From Octopus sinensis (lineage: Eukaryota): 64,000 nucleotides of DNA. The position numbers and the translations under genes are program-made. Below the pieces are notes generated by a model. It was not told where the DNA came from and made no database searches. It was given only the letters and a program-made list of their open reading frames with translations. This document shows positions 62,540 to 64,000 of this stretch, piece by piece (position 1 is the first letter of the stretch; every line of letters begins with the position of its first letter). The stretch lies in NCBI RefSeq assembly GCF_006345805.1, contig NC_043002.1:23498001-23562000 (forward strand), read 5' to 3'.

Positions 62540-63830
62540 CGTAAATTTGATACAGCGGCTGCGATGGGTATACAAAAACTAAAACATAGAGTTAGGAACA
62601 ACGAAATAGCATGCCTCTCCACAAACAAATCCAACAGGATGTTGGTAGACAGCCTGCATAATTACATCAAAAACATGAGAGAAGTTACACCACAGGAATA
62701 TGAAAGAATAGAGAAAATTCTCAACACACACATGGGAATGTGGTGTAACAGACTCCAACCTAAGAAGCACGCAGTGCAGAACTTCATAACATCACATAAT
62801 GACATCCCTACATTCTATGGATTAAAAAAAGACCATAAGCCCATCGCAGACCCTATTATTGGCCCTCAACAAACCGACCAGTTTGTGGTGCCAATATTGC
62901 CAGCAATTATAGGCTATCATATTTCCTCTCACAAGTGTTAAGACCACTCATTGAGATGTCTCCTGGTATTTGTGAAAGCACAGAGGACTCTCTCAGAAGG
63001 GTTAATGAATGTAACCACTCCCACAACCTGTCAAATTGTATGGTAGATAGTATGGATGTGGTATCATTTGAACGATTAACTGTTTGACAAAGTGTTTAAC
63101 TTATGATTTTGAAAAACTGGTAAAAAAACGGCTGATCAATAAATTGGTTTACAGAGTAACTAAGCCATTAACTAACAATAACAATAAAGGACTGAACCAG
63201 TGCGTGTGTTTATTATTACTAACATAATGCCTCTCCCAAGGTTCAATAGTATTTCTTTCAACATACAAATTCACATCAAGAAGTTTGCAAACCCAATACA
63301 AATACGAACCATATGTATATGTATGTATGTATGTATAAGCGGACATTAAACGATGATGATGTATGTATGTATATATGTATGTGTGTGTGTGTATACATAC
63401 ACATATATATATATATATATATATAACATGCTTAACATATGTATGTTGTTGAAAACTCAAAGGCTGCAGTTTTCGTCTGGGAAAAATTCTTTTATAGACA
63501 TATTGGGTAAAAAATAAACACAATATGCTTCAGTGGTGGTGGTGGTGGTGGTGGTGGTGGTGGTGGTGATGATGATACTTCACAACATACTTCAGAGCAA
63601 GGCAAAACAAAATCACCCAGAAGTGGCTATGAGAGTATCAGATACATATTTTACTGTTCTCAATATCACATATTCATGTCACTTCCAAAATGAAATTGAA
63701 CCAGCTAGAGTGAATGATACACAGATAGTGTATAAACCAGATACCAGTTTGCAAAGGCACCAAATAAGCAGAATAAAATGTGTATCATGCATTACTAGAA
63801 GCTCTATAGTAAAAACTTTATTAATATAAC
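62540..63830 (+). mobile_element. Decayed Penelope-like element (PLE) RT fragment, interrupted by other repeats
   Basis: IACLSTNKS (TDKS-like), PTFYGLKKDHK, frameshift to RPVCGA..LSYFLSQVLRPL..STED..SMDVVS; weaker VLNITY..IVYKPDTSL at 63650-63760. Confidence 0.72.
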
Positions 63831-64000
63831 AAATATAACATGAATAATGTACACATGCAGTTGTAAAGCCAGAAGCTGCAGTTTTTTGTTTGGGAAAAAT
63901 CCCTTTGTAGATGTATTGTCTTAAAAACACCACAGTATACTTTAGAGTCTGGTGAAATAAAATCACCTAAAAAATAGCTATTTCAAAAGTGCCATGAGAA

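Noticed and set aside
63423-63950. Diverged repeat of about 110 nt (63423-63535 versus 63836-63950) as duplicated exons
   Set aside because: No consistent shared reading frame or splice sites; probably old repeat fragments

Overview
AT-rich, microsatellite-laden eukaryotic genomic DNA. The repeat families look like those of Octopus (inferred from pattern recognition, not confirmed). Host genes: (1) the last coding exon of a TRMT44-like tRNA methyltransferase with a CCCH finger at the left edge; (2) two divergently oriented inward-rectifier K+ channel (Kir) paralogues with Kir7.1/KCNJ13-like signatures, one with an intronless CDS (8217-9371, minus) and one I assemble from five exons (12521-32752, plus, 439 aa; all splice phases compatible); (3) an intronless hnRNP A/B-family CDS (47251-48105, minus). 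The rest is mostly mobile DNA: CR1-type and RTE LINEs (the RTE has a PHD finger inserted in its RT), several tRNA-derived SINE families, mariner, hAT and piggyBac-type relics or MITEs, a Penelope-like RT relic, and many inverted repeats. Best candidates for new biology: (a) a tRNA-headed SINE-like element carrying a Penelope-type minimal hammerhead ribozyme, present at two loci, each with an inverted 5' duplication; (b) the head-to-head Kir pair with non-canonical pore residues; (c) a LINE/SINE shared 3' stem-loop with compensatory base changes. All calls were made by eye. Repeat boundaries are approximate unless a TSD or TIR is quoted, and no database searches were run.
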